Shown here piece after piece: positions 22,865 to 31,976 of a stretch of 64,000 nucleotides of DNA. Source of the DNA: an uncultured Gammaproteobacteria bacterium (GTDB taxonomy: Bacteria > Pseudomonadota > Gammaproteobacteria > Steroidobacterales > Steroidobacteraceae); NCBI GenBank assembly GCA_963728615.1, contig CAVSKQ010000004.1, positions 462,364-526,363 on the forward strand. The letters run 5' to 3'. The position numbers and the translations under genes are program-made. A model generated the notes under the pieces. It made no database searches, was not told the DNA's origin, and was given only the letters and a program-made list of their open reading frames with translations. The stretch's first letter is position 1, and the number at the start of each line of letters is the position of its first letter.

Positions 22865-24016
22865 ATGACGGTGGCCAGCCGCGCAACCTGGTGGCGCACG
22901 CGCCGTGACGCACTGCTCGCGTGTCTCGGCGCGCGCGACTGCGCCTACGTCTACGACCTCGCGACGGTGCGGAGGCAAATCGAGGCGTTCGGCGTGCTGC
23001 GTTCCGTCACGCAGGTCCTGTATGCGCTGAAGGCGAATCCCCACCCGCAAATCCTGCGCACCGTCCATTCGGCAGGTTGCGGATTCGAGTGCGTCTCGCG
23101 CGCCGAAGTCGAACGCGTCCTCGCCGAGGTACCCGGCGTCTCCCGCGAGCGCGTGCTGTTCACGCCGAACTTCGCCGCGCGCGCCGAGTATGCATGGGCC
23201 CTGGAACGAGGGCTGCGGGTGACCGTGGACAACCTCGCGATCCTGCGCGACTGGCCTGCGCTTTTCGACGGCCGCGAGATCTTCCTGAGGCTGGATGCCT
23301 CGAGCGGCCACGGTCATCATGAAAAGGTCCGGACCGGCGGACTGCACTCGAAATTCGGCGTGCCCCCCGCCGAGTTCGGCGAACTGCCCGATGCGGTTGC
23401 CGCAGCGGGCGCGCGCGTCGTCGGACTGCACGTGCACGGCGGCAGCGGCAACTTCGACCTGGCGGCATGGCTCGGCCCGGCGCGGATCCTCGCCGCCGAG
23501 GCGGCGCGGCATCCGGGCGCGACGATCCTGAACCTCGGCGGCGGCATCGGGATTCCTGAACGGGCCGACCAGGCACCCCTGGACCTGCGAGCGCTCGAAG
23601 CCGCGCTTGCGGGCGTCAAGGCAGCGAATCCAGGACTCGAATTCTGGATGGAGCCCGGGCGCTACTTCGTGGCGGCCGCCGGCGTCTTGCTTGCGCGGGT
23701 GACCCAGACCAAGGGCAAGGGCGACAAGCGTTACGTCGGCGTCGCGACGGGAATGAATTCGCTCATTCGCCCGGCGCTCTACGGGGCGCGCCACGAGATC
23801 GTCAACCTGAGCCGGCTGGACGAGCCCCCGAGCCAGACCTGCACGATCGTCGGCCCGATCTGCGAGAGCGGTGACGAGCTCGGCCGCGACCGCCGGCTGC
23901 CGCGCTGCGTCGAAGGCGACGTGGTGCTCGTGGCCGATGCGGGTGCGTACGGGCACGCGATGGCTTCCAGCTACAACCTGCGGGAGCCGGCGCCCGAGCT
24001 CGTAATGCCCGAATGA
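22865..24016 (+). CDS. Fold-type III PLP decarboxylase of the diaminopimelate/ornithine decarboxylase family
   Basis: PLP-Lys motif YALKANP, HVHGGSG, EPGRYFV, CESGD, ADAGAYG. At 383 aa it is shorter than typical LysA, so the substrate is not assignable by eye. Confidence 0.8.
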   Translation: MTVASRATWWRTRRDALLACLGARDCAYVYDLATVRRQIEAFGVLRSVTQVLYALKANPHPQILRTVHSAGCGFECVSRAEVERVLAEVPGVSRERVLFTPNFAARAEYAWALERGLRVTVDNLAILRDWPALFDGREIFLRLDASSGHGHHEKVRTGGLHSKFGVPPAEFGELPDAVAAAGARVVGLHVHGGSGNFDLAAWLGPARILAAEAARHPGATILNLGGGIGIPERADQAPLDLRALEAALAGVKAANPGLEFWMEPGRYFVAAAGVLLARVTQTKGKGDKRYVGVATGMNSLIRPALYGARHEIVNLSRLDEPPSQTCTIVGPICESGDELGRDRRLPRCVEGDVVLVADAGAYGHAMASSYNLREPAPELVMPE

Positions 24017-24891
24017 CCGAAGTTCACCGGTCGCACATCTGGCAGCTCATCGCCATCAATGCGATCTGGGGCCTCAACATCGTGGCGGTCAAGCTGAGTG
24101 CCGACCGCTTCCCGCCGGTGTTCCTGACATTCCTGCGTTTCCTGATCGTCGGGCTCGTCGTCTGGCCATGGCTGCGCTTGCGCCGCGGCGAGATGGGCTG
24201 GCTGCTGGTCGCCGCAACCTGCAGCGGCGGTCTGCAGTTCGCATTGATGTATTCCGGTGTCGCGGTTTCGGGGAACATGTCCTCGGTCGCGATCGCGGGC
24301 CAGCTCGGCGTGCCATTCGCGACGCTGATGTCGGTTGCACTGCTTGGCGAGGTCATTCACTGGCGGCGCTGGCTAGGCATCGCGATGTCGTTCGCGGGCG
24401 TGGTCATCATCGGTTTCAGCCCCGAGGTGCTGACTTCCGCGAATGGGCTCATGCTCATCGTCATCGCCGCATTCGTCGGCTCGGTTGGACTCGTCGCCAT
24501 CAAGCGCGTGCGCGATCTCGAGCCGCTGGAACTCCAGGCCTGGCTCGCCTGGGGCAGCCTCCCAATCCTGCTGCCGCTGTCGCTCGTGCTCGAGGACGGG
24601 CAGCTCGCGAGCCTCGGGCTCGCCGGCCTGCCCGGCTGGGGCGCACTCCTTTACTCGGCCGTCCTTGCGAGCCTCGTTGCGCACACCTCGTACTTCGCGC
24701 TCATCCGGCGTTACCCGGTGTCGAGCATCGCCCCGGTGACGGTCCTGACGCCGCTGTTCAGCGTGTTCTTCTCGGTGCTGTTGCTTGGCGACGTGCTCGA
24801 TTCGCGCATGGTCGCCGGAGGGCTCCTCACGCTGAGCGGCGTGACCGTGATCCTGGTGCGCGAGCGCAAGCCGGTACCCACCGGCACCTGA
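24013..24891 (+). CDS. EamA/DMT-family transporter
   Basis: About 10 hydrophobic segments in two EamA-like halves. The ATG overlaps the stop of the decarboxylase gene (ATGA). Confidence 0.8.
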   Translation: MTEVHRSHIWQLIAINAIWGLNIVAVKLSADRFPPVFLTFLRFLIVGLVVWPWLRLRRGEMGWLLVAATCSGGLQFALMYSGVAVSGNMSSVAIAGQLGVPFATLMSVALLGEVIHWRRWLGIAMSFAGVVIIGFSPEVLTSANGLMLIVIAAFVGSVGLVAIKRVRDLEPLELQAWLAWGSLPILLPLSLVLEDGQLASLGLAGLPGWGALLYSAVLASLVAHTSYFALIRRYPVSSIAPVTVLTPLFSVFFSVLLLGDVLDSRMVAGGLLTLSGVTVILVRERKPVPTGT

Positions 24892-24960
24892 TCACGCCTT
24901 CGAACCCGAATCCCCCGGCGGCGGCGTTCAAGGACATGGACACCCCACGGAGGTGACGAC

Positions 24961-25593
24961 ATGTCCACATCGCACATGGCCAGGGCGCCGCGTCAGGCGG
25001 CCATCCTCGCAACCATCGGCGGGCTTCACGTCGGGGCATTCTTGTTGGCCGTAGCGGGGCTCGGTCCGCGCCAGGACTGGCTGCACCCGGCTCCGCCGAC
25101 CTTCATCTATGTGCAGCCGGAACGGCCGTTGCCCGCGCCGCTGGCGCCGCGAGAGCCCGGGCCCCTCCATTACGCCTTGCCGCGCCAGCCTCTTCCGGAG
25201 GTGCCAATCCCCGATTTCGAACGGGTGCGAAGCCTGCAGGTCGAGAATAATGCGGCAACGGAACCTGCTTCGGGTTCTGGACCTGCCGTCGCGGCCGTGG
25301 ATGTGCGAGCCCCGTCATTGCGCCATCCTGACAGCCGGCTGGCGGCACTCGTCAATTCCTGCTATCCGGCTGCATCGCGCCGGCTGAGCGAGGAGGGGCG
25401 CGTCGTCGTCCGGGTCGACGTCGACGCCGCCGGCCGCGCGAGCGCCTGGAACGTCGCAGGAGGCTCGGGTTTCGCACGCCTCGATGCCGCGGCCGCGTGC
25501 GTGATCCGCCGGCTGGAATTCAATCCGGCACGGCGCGATGGCGCGGCCGTGGCGGCGAGCGCGATGCTCCCGATCGTGTTTCGGCTTCACTGA
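24961..25593 (+). CDS. TonB-family energy transducer, paralog 1
   Basis: N-terminal TM with LHV (AILATIGGLHVGAFLLAV), moderately Pro-rich linker, C-terminal domain CYPAASRRLSEEGRVVVRVDVDAAGRA...GSGFARLDAAAACVIRRLEFNPA. Confidence 0.8.
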   Translation: MSTSHMARAPRQAAILATIGGLHVGAFLLAVAGLGPRQDWLHPAPPTFIYVQPERPLPAPLAPREPGPLHYALPRQPLPEVPIPDFERVRSLQVENNAATEPASGSGPAVAAVDVRAPSLRHPDSRLAALVNSCYPAASRRLSEEGRVVVRVDVDAAGRASAWNVAGGSGFARLDAAAACVIRRLEFNPARRDGAAVAASAMLPIVFRLH

Positions 25594-25809
25594 TCGGTTC
25601 CCGGGCCGCGGGCGTTTGCTATGCTCGGGTCGCTGCCGTTAAACCGGTGGCGCCCGGCGCTTGCAGTCAATACGGCCAACCGCTAAGGTGGCCGTGGCCG
25701 GGTTCGGGGCGTGCTTGTATGCGCGTCGAGAAGAAAGTTGGCAGGGGCCGTGGCCCGGAGTTCGGGCATGCGACCGGCTAGTTCAGTCGAGGGGTAAGAC
25801 AGGACCGGT

Positions 25810-26439
25810 ATGGCGAATACCTATTCTGCGGGTGGCTCTCGCACCACGGCCGTTTTCGTCGGCATCCTTGTCCTGCACGTGATTTTCTTCTGGGCCCTGA
25901 AACAGGGTCTCGTTCGCTCGGGCATCCAGATCGTCCAGGATTTTTCGATCATGGACCTGCCGCCGCCGCCGCCGCCGCCGGAAGACCTCGACGAGCCGCC
26001 GCCGCCGCCGCCGGTCGACGTGCCGCCGCCGGTCGTGCCTCCGCCGCTGATCGAGCTGCCGGCCTTCGAGGGCCCGTCGACTGCAATCACCGCGAAGGTC
26101 CAGGAGACGCCGCGGCAGCAGCCGCAGACGCCTCAGCGCCAGGTGCAGATCACGCCGCCGCGCTTCAAGTCGCGCAGCGATCGCATCAGCGCCGCCATCG
26201 CCGCCTGCTATCCGTCGGCTTCGCGCCGGCTTAGCGAGGAAGGCCGCGTCGTCGCGACGATCACCGTCGGCGCCGACGGCAAGGCCGGCTCGGTCTCGGT
26301 GACGCAAAGCAGCGGATTCCCGCGGCTCGACGGCGCCATCGAGTGCGTGGTGCGCCGGCTGCCGTTCGAGCCGGGCAAGCGTGACGGTCAGCCGGTCGAA
26401 GCGCAGGTTTCGGTGCCGATCGTATTCAAGCTGGAGTGA
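25810..26439 (+). CDS. tonB: TonB energy transducer, paralog 2
   Basis: TM VGILVLHVIFFWAL, poly-Pro linker PPPPPPPEDLDEPPPPPPVDVPPPVVPPP, C-terminal domain CYPSASRRLSEEGRVVATITVGADGKA...SSGFPRLDGAIECVVRRLPFEPG. Directly upstream of exbB-exbD. Confidence 0.88.
   Translation: MANTYSAGGSRTTAVFVGILVLHVIFFWALKQGLVRSGIQIVQDFSIMDLPPPPPPPEDLDEPPPPPPVDVPPPVVPPPLIELPAFEGPSTAITAKVQETPRQQPQTPQRQVQITPPRFKSRSDRISAAIAACYPSASRRLSEEGRVVATITVGADGKAGSVSVTQSSGFPRLDGAIECVVRRLPFEPGKRDGQPVEAQVSVPIVFKLE
25960..26013 (+). repeat. (CCG)7 and (CCG)6 trinucleotide tracts encoding the TonB poly-Pro linker
   Basis: (CCG)7 at 25960-25980 and (CCG)6 at 25996-26013, counted directly. Confidence 0.9.
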
Positions 26440-26530
26440 CAACTCGAGGAATCTTCAGGACCGGAGAAGCGGGTTCGCGACAGGCGACGTCGGCTTTCCG
26501 GAGCATCTATTCTGTTAGAGGGATTTCAGC

Positions 26531-27235
26531 ATGGCTGATGGAACCACAGTAACCGACAACCCGTACGGCATCGAAGCGCTCTGGACCACGAGCGACTATG
26601 TCGGCAAGGGCGTTTTCGTCATCCTGATCGTCATGTCGCTCTGGTCATGGCTCGTCATGATCAACAAGTGGCTCGACCAGCGCATGCTGCGCAGGGTCGC
26701 GACCGAAGCTGAGAAATCCTTCTGGACTGCCGGCTCGATCCAGGAAGGGATTGGCAAGCTGAAGAGCAAGGTCAATCCATTCCGCGACATCGCGCAGGAC
26801 GGCGTGCAGGCGGTCGAACACCACCGCCGCAGCGCCGCGCGCGACGTCACGAGCAACATCGAGCTCGGCGACTGGGTCCGCACGCACATCGACAGGCGCA
26901 CGACCATGTTGCAGTCGAGCCTGCAGAGCGGGATGGTGGTGCTCGCGTCGGTCGGCGCGACGGCGCCGTTCGTCGGCCTGTTCGGCACGGTATGGGGCAT
27001 CTACAACGCGCTGATCAGCATCTCGATCGCCGGCCAGGCGTCGCTCGACAAGGTCGCAGGTCCCATCGGCGAGGCGCTCATCATGACGGCGCTCGGCCTC
27101 GCGGTGGCGGTGCCGGCGGTGCTGGGCTTCAACGGCCTGTTGCGCGGCAACAAGTCGCTGATGGAGCGCGCGAACTATTTCGCGCATGACGTCGAATCGG
27201 CCCTGCTCGCCGGCTCGCGCGTGTCTGCGAAGTAA
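26531..27235 (+). CDS. exbB: MotA/TolQ/ExbB proton-channel protein
   Basis: Three TM segments. Conserved GLFGTVWGIYNAL and GPIGEALIMTALGLAVAVPAV. 234 aa. Confidence 0.9.
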   Translation: MADGTTVTDNPYGIEALWTTSDYVGKGVFVILIVMSLWSWLVMINKWLDQRMLRRVATEAEKSFWTAGSIQEGIGKLKSKVNPFRDIAQDGVQAVEHHRRSAARDVTSNIELGDWVRTHIDRRTTMLQSSLQSGMVVLASVGATAPFVGLFGTVWGIYNALISISIAGQASLDKVAGPIGEALIMTALGLAVAVPAVLGFNGLLRGNKSLMERANYFAHDVESALLAGSRVSAK

Positions 27236-27238
27236 GCC

Positions 27239-27655
27239 ATGGCGATCCAGGTCGGTCATGACGAAGGCGAGCCGATGGTGGAGCCCAACGTCATTCCGCT
27301 CGTCGACGTCATGCTGGTGCTGCTGATCATCATGATCATCACGGTGCCAGTGATGACCCAGGCGGTGAAGATCGACCTGCCGAAGGAAGTAAATCGCCCG
27401 ACCGAGACGAAGCCGGAGAACATCAATCTCTCGATCGATTTCGACGGCTCGGTCTACTGGAACGAGAACTCCGTGGACAAGTCGGCACTCCTCAACTACG
27501 TTCTGGCGGAGGCCGTCAAGGACCCGCAGCCGGAGGTCCACATCCGTGCGGACAAGCGTGCGCGCTACGAGGCGGTTTCCGACACCCTCGCCCTCCTCCA
27601 GCGGGGCGGCATGCGAAAAGTCGGGTTCATCGCGGAACCGCCCCCTAACCAATAG
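27239..27655 (+). CDS. exbD: ExbD/TolR biopolymer transport protein
   Basis: N-terminal NVIPLVDVMLVLLIIMIIT with the conserved Asp in the TM segment. Periplasmic domain IRADKRARYEAVSDTLALLQRGG. Confidence 0.9.
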   Translation: MAIQVGHDEGEPMVEPNVIPLVDVMLVLLIIMIITVPVMTQAVKIDLPKEVNRPTETKPENINLSIDFDGSVYWNENSVDKSALLNYVLAEAVKDPQPEVHIRADKRARYEAVSDTLALLQRGGMRKVGFIAEPPPNQ

Positions 27656-27680
27656 CGGGGGCGGGACCTCGAACGGAATC

Positions 27681-27708
27681 AGGCCCGCCGACAGCGGGCC
27701 TTTTTCTT
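27681..27708 (+). terminator. Rho-independent terminator after exbD
   Basis: AGGCCCGC-CGACA-GCGGGCCT stem-loop followed by TTTTCTT, read directly. Confidence 0.7.
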
Positions 27709-27881
27709 GGGATGGCAAGGCTGAACGGGCGCTGAATGCCGCAACGAAACTTTTGGCGCCGGAACCGTGGGACTTCGCCGGAGTCCATTCAGAGGGGAGC
27801 GGGCAGACAGCCGGGCCGATTTTGGGGTATAAACCCGCCGCACGCGAATCTAGCGTCAGTCTGCAGGGTGAGGAAAGGCAC

Positions 27882-29222
27882 ATGGCAGCTCGGAAAACCT
27901 GGATCAATGCTCTGGTAGCGGCAAGCCTCGGGATCGCGATGGCAGGGGTCATCGTGCCCACCGCATCCGCCCAGGAGGATCAGCCCAAGTCCCGCAAGGA
28001 ACGGGAAGCGGCCGCGGCGGCCGCAGAGGCCGAGGCCCCCAAGGCGGACTACAGCAAGGAGTTCCGCAAGCTTGCCGGCCCGGTGCAGACCGCCGTGAAC
28101 GAGAAGAAGTGGGCCGACGTGATGGCCGCCCTGCCGGAGCTCGAGGCCATTCCGGAACCGACACTCGACGACAAGAAGGCGATCGCCACCTGGCGCCTGC
28201 AGGCCACGCAGGGCGTCGGCGACCAGGAAGCGTTTGCCGCCGCAATCGAGGCCTTCCTCGCGGCCGGCTATGCCGAGCCCGAGAACGTCGGCGCGATGCA
28301 CCGCCAGCTCGCCGCGCATTACAGCGCCAAGAAGGACAACGCGAAGACACTCGAGCACTTCCAGAAGTTCGTGGAAGGGACGCCCGACGTCCAGGTCGAC
28401 GAACTCGAAACGCTCGGTCGCCTGCAGTTGCAGGCCGCCCAGAACACGGAAGCCTGCCAGACCTTTGGCAAGGCGATTGACACAACCAAGGGCAAGGGCG
28501 AGAAGCCCAAGGAGATGTGGTACCAGTTGCGCGATCGCTGCTTCATCGAGCTGAAGGACGACACGTCGCGACTCGCGAACCTGGAGGCCCTCGTCGCGGA
28601 ATACCCCGACAAGGAGTACTACAGCCGCGTCGTCGCGATCTACCAGGCCCAGAGCAACGACGATCGCACGGTGATGCTGAATGCCTACCGCGTCGCCGTC
28701 AGCGACCCCGAGGGCGGGCTTGCGACCGTCGGCGCCTACCTGAACTACGCGGACACGGCGCTCGTCGCCGGCAGCCCCGGGGAGGCCGCGCGCGCGCTCG
28801 AGCGCGGCATGAAGGAAGGCATCGTACCGACCGCCGGAACGAACCAGCAGCAGTTGAGCCAGGCCAAGGCGGCCATCGCGTCGGACAAGAAGTCATTGCC
28901 GGGCGAAGCGGCCGCCGCCGCCAAGAACGCAAAGGGCGAGGTGGACGTGAAGGTCGGGCTCGGCTTCTACAGCACGGGCGACTTTGCGCAGGCTGTCGAG
29001 GTGATCCGCCGCGGCATCACCAAGGGCGGCGTGGCCCGCCTCGACGACGCGAACCTGCTGCTCGGCGCCTCGTTGCTCGAGCTCGGCAAGCAGGACGAGG
29101 CGCGCGCGGCATTCGAGGCGGCCAAGGCGGCCGCACCGGCGGGAAGCCCGCTCGGGCGGATTGCGGATCTGTGGATCGCGCGCACGTCGCGTACCGGTGC
29201 TCCAGCCCCGGCGGCCGGTTGA
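27882..29222 (+). CDS. Periplasmic TPR-like repeat protein, paralog A
   Basis: Signal peptide MAARKTWINALVAASLGIAMAGVIVPTASA. Ala/Lys-rich helical repeats. The C-terminal half aligns with the next gene (YRVAVSDPEG...GSPGEAARALERGMKEG vs YRLGAAKNVL...ASPGEAVAMLEKGMAAG). Confidence 0.7.
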   Translation: MAARKTWINALVAASLGIAMAGVIVPTASAQEDQPKSRKEREAAAAAAEAEAPKADYSKEFRKLAGPVQTAVNEKKWADVMAALPELEAIPEPTLDDKKAIATWRLQATQGVGDQEAFAAAIEAFLAAGYAEPENVGAMHRQLAAHYSAKKDNAKTLEHFQKFVEGTPDVQVDELETLGRLQLQAAQNTEACQTFGKAIDTTKGKGEKPKEMWYQLRDRCFIELKDDTSRLANLEALVAEYPDKEYYSRVVAIYQAQSNDDRTVMLNAYRVAVSDPEGGLATVGAYLNYADTALVAGSPGEAARALERGMKEGIVPTAGTNQQQLSQAKAAIASDKKSLPGEAAAAAKNAKGEVDVKVGLGFYSTGDFAQAVEVIRRGITKGGVARLDDANLLLGASLLELGKQDEARAAFEAAKAAAPAGSPLGRIADLWIARTSRTGAPAPAAG

Positions 29223-29233
29223 TCAGGAGAATA

Positions 29234-30469
29234 ATGATGATGTCGAAGTCCTCGTTTCTCGGTGCCGGCGCTCTGGCCGCGTTCCTCGCGGTCACGGGCC
29301 TCGCTCTCGCCGCGGTCACACCGCAAGCCGTCGCCCAGACACAGGGCGGATGGCGCAAGGAGCTGGCCGACAAGGCCGCGCAGGCTCAGGCTGCGGGCCA
29401 GAAAGGCAACTACAGCGAGGCGATCCGCCTGCTGAAAGAAGCCAAGGCCAAGGTGCCCTTGTCGCCCCAGGAGGAGCAGGGCATCAACGAGCTCATGATC
29501 TGGGCCGCGAGCGGCGCCAAGGATCACAAGCTAGTGCTCGCGACCGTGGACGAGCGCCTCGCGACCGGGCGCGTCACGGGCGCGGACCTGACCCGCAAGA
29601 TGCGGCTGAAGGCGACGACCCACTATGCGCTGCGCGACTACCGGAACGCGGCGGCGGCCTTCGAGAAGCTCGGGGGCTCGCTCACCGCGGACGACCTGAC
29701 GCTTCTTGCGACCTCGCAAATGCAGCTGCGCGACTACGGCAAGGCGACCACGACCCTCGAACGCGCGATTGCAGCGAACGACAAGGCCGGCCGCTCGGGC
29801 AAGAACGCGGCGCTCCTCGAGATGCTGAACTCGGCGTACTTCGAGACCAAGAACGACGCCAAGCGCATGCAGACCCTGCACCGCCTGATGGCGGTTGCCC
29901 CGAAAGCCAGCACCTTCAAGCAGCTCGCGAGCGCCTACGAGGTCGAGTCCGCACGCGACCCGGTGGTGATGATCAACGTGTACCGCCTCGGTGCCGCGAA
30001 AAACGTCCTGTCAGGCGAGCACTATGCCAAGTACGCCGAGACCGCGCTCGACCTCGCGAGCCCGGGCGAGGCCGTCGCCATGCTGGAGAAGGGCATGGCT
30101 GCCGGCTCGATCAAGAAGGACGACCGCAATACCCGCCTGCTGGCGGACGCCAAGTCCCAGGTCGAGCGGCTCAAGGCGACGCTGGCCCAGCAGGAAGCGG
30201 AAGCCAAGGCGATCGCGACCGGCGAGCCATCGGCCAAGCTGGCGACGGCCTACTTCACGCTGAAGAACTATGCCAAGGCCAGCGAGGCCGCGCGCAGCGC
30301 GGTGACCAAGGGCAACCTGAAGCGCGCCGACGACGTCAACATGGTGCTCGGGATTTCGCTCGCGAACGGCAAGAAGTCGGCGGAGGCCAAGAAGGCCTTC
30401 ACTGCCGCCGCCGCCGCGAACGGCAAGACGCGCGGCGTCGCCAGCCTCTGGTCGAGCCTGACGGGCTGA
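29234..30469 (+). CDS. Periplasmic TPR-like repeat protein, paralog B
   Basis: Signal peptide MMMSKSSFLGAGALAAFLAVTGLALAAV. Helical repeats. Paralogous to 27882..29222. Confidence 0.7.
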   Translation: MMMSKSSFLGAGALAAFLAVTGLALAAVTPQAVAQTQGGWRKELADKAAQAQAAGQKGNYSEAIRLLKEAKAKVPLSPQEEQGINELMIWAASGAKDHKLVLATVDERLATGRVTGADLTRKMRLKATTHYALRDYRNAAAAFEKLGGSLTADDLTLLATSQMQLRDYGKATTTLERAIAANDKAGRSGKNAALLEMLNSAYFETKNDAKRMQTLHRLMAVAPKASTFKQLASAYEVESARDPVVMINVYRLGAAKNVLSGEHYAKYAETALDLASPGEAVAMLEKGMAAGSIKKDDRNTRLLADAKSQVERLKATLAQQEAEAKAIATGEPSAKLATAYFTLKNYAKASEAARSAVTKGNLKRADDVNMVLGISLANGKKSAEAKKAFTAAAAANGKTRGVASLWSSLTG

Positions 30470-30545
30470 CCGCACGCCGGGCTGGAATGCGACGAGGGCC
30501 GCGGCGCGAAATCGCCGCGGCCCTTTGCGTATACAATCCGGCGTA

Positions 30546-31466
30546 ATGGCAACTCCGCGCAGCATCGGCATCGTCGAGGTCGGGCCGCGCGACGGCCTGC
30601 AGAACGAGGCCGCCCCGGTTCCGACCGCGGTGAAGCTCGAGTTCATTCGTCGCGCCGTCGACGCCGGGATCCGCCGCATCGAGGTCGCGAGCTTCGTGAA
30701 TCCGCGGCGCGTGCCGCAGATGGCGGACGCCGAGGCCATTTTCCGGGGCTTGCCCCGTCGCGACGATGTCATCTACGTCGGGCTCGTCCTGAATCGCGCG
30801 GGCTTCGACCGCGCCGCCGCCGCCGGCTGCCGCGAGATCGGGATGGTGGTGTTCACGACCGACGAGTTCAATCGCAGGAACCAGGGCGTCCCGAGCGCGG
30901 AGTCGATGCGCACCTGGCGCGAGATCGCCGCGGCTGCGCACGCCGCGGGAATCCGCGCGCAGGTCACGATCTCCGCCGCTTTCGGCTGCCCGTTCGAGGG
31001 CGAGGTGCCGGTGCAGCGCGTCGTCGAGATCGCGCGCGAGATCGCCGAGGCGCAGCCGTTCGAGATCGCGATCGCCGACACGATCGGCGTCGGCGTGCCG
31101 AGCCAGGTGAGCGAGACGTTCGGGCGGGTGGCCGAGGCCGTGCCGGGTGTCACCCTGCGCGGGCACTTCCACAATACGCGCAACACGGGCCTCGCCAATG
31201 CCTACGCTGCGGTCGTGGCGGGCGCGCGGGTACTCGACTCGAGCCTCGGCGGGCTCGGGGGTTGCCCGTTTGCGCCGGCAGCAACCGGCAACATTCCGAC
31301 GGAGGACCTCGTCTACATGCTCGGCCGCATGGGCATCGCGACGGGCGTCGATCTCGGGCACGCGATCGACACGGCGCGCTGGATCGAACCGCATGTCGGC
31401 CACGCGGTGCCGGGCATGCTGGTCAAGGCGGGCGGGTTTCCCGGCGCGCGGCGCGCAACAGGTTAA
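30546..31466 (+). CDS. Hydroxymethylglutaryl-CoA lyase family protein
   Basis: [45 protein letters not shown]. Confidence 0.85.
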   Translation: MATPRSIGIVEVGPRDGLQNEAAPVPTAVKLEFIRRAVDAGIRRIEVASFVNPRRVPQMADAEAIFRGLPRRDDVIYVGLVLNRAGFDRAAAAGCREIGMVVFTTDEFNRRNQGVPSAESMRTWREIAAAAHAAGIRAQVTISAAFGCPFEGEVPVQRVVEIAREIAEAQPFEIAIADTIGVGVPSQVSETFGRVAEAVPGVTLRGHFHNTRNTGLANAYAAVVAGARVLDSSLGGLGGCPFAPAATGNIPTEDLVYMLGRMGIATGVDLGHAIDTARWIEPHVGHAVPGMLVKAGGFPGARRATG

Positions 31467-31491
31467 CGGCAAGCATGAAAGGAAGGACACG

Positions 31492-31971
31492 ATGACCATC
31501 AAGGCTGGAGACAGGATTCCCGATGGCAAGCTCAAGGTGATGGGTGCCGACGGGCCGACGAACGTGGACGCCGGCGAGCTTCTCGGCAAGGGCCGGGTCG
31601 TGCTGTTCTCGGTGCCCGGTGCATTCACGCCGACCTGCAGTGCGAAGCACCTGCCCGGATTCATCGAAAAGGCGGGCGCGCTCGCAGCCAAGGGCGTCGG
31701 CAAGGTCGTGTGCCTCGCGGTCAACGACGTGTTCGTGATGGGGGCCTGGGGCAAGTCGGCGGGCGCCGGGGACATCGTGATGGCTGCCGACGGCAACGGC
31801 GACTACACGCGCGCCCTCGGCCTCGAGCTCGACGCTCGCGGCTTCGGCATGGGCATGCGCGGCCAGCGTTTCGCGCTCGTGATCGAGGACGGCGTCGTGA
31901 AGCAGGTGCACGTCGAGGCGCCGGGCGAGTTCAAGGTCTCGAGCGCCGAGCACATCCTCGCGTCGATCTAG
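31492..31971 (+). CDS. Peroxiredoxin, Prx5-like subfamily
   Basis: [14 protein letters not shown] peroxidatic Cys motif. 159 aa. Confidence 0.85.
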   Translation: MTIKAGDRIPDGKLKVMGADGPTNVDAGELLGKGRVVLFSVPGAFTPTCSAKHLPGFIEKAGALAAKGVGKVVCLAVNDVFVMGAWGKSAGAGDIVMAADGNGDYTRALGLELDARGFGMGMRGQRFALVIEDGVVKQVHVEAPGEFKVSSAEHILASI

Positions 31972-31976
31972 GGCTG

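Noticed and set aside
24892-26530. Fur box controlling tonB and exbB.
   Set aside because: The upstream regions are GC-rich with no 19-bp AT-rich palindrome resembling GATAATGATAATCATTATC. Iron regulation cannot be claimed from the sequence.
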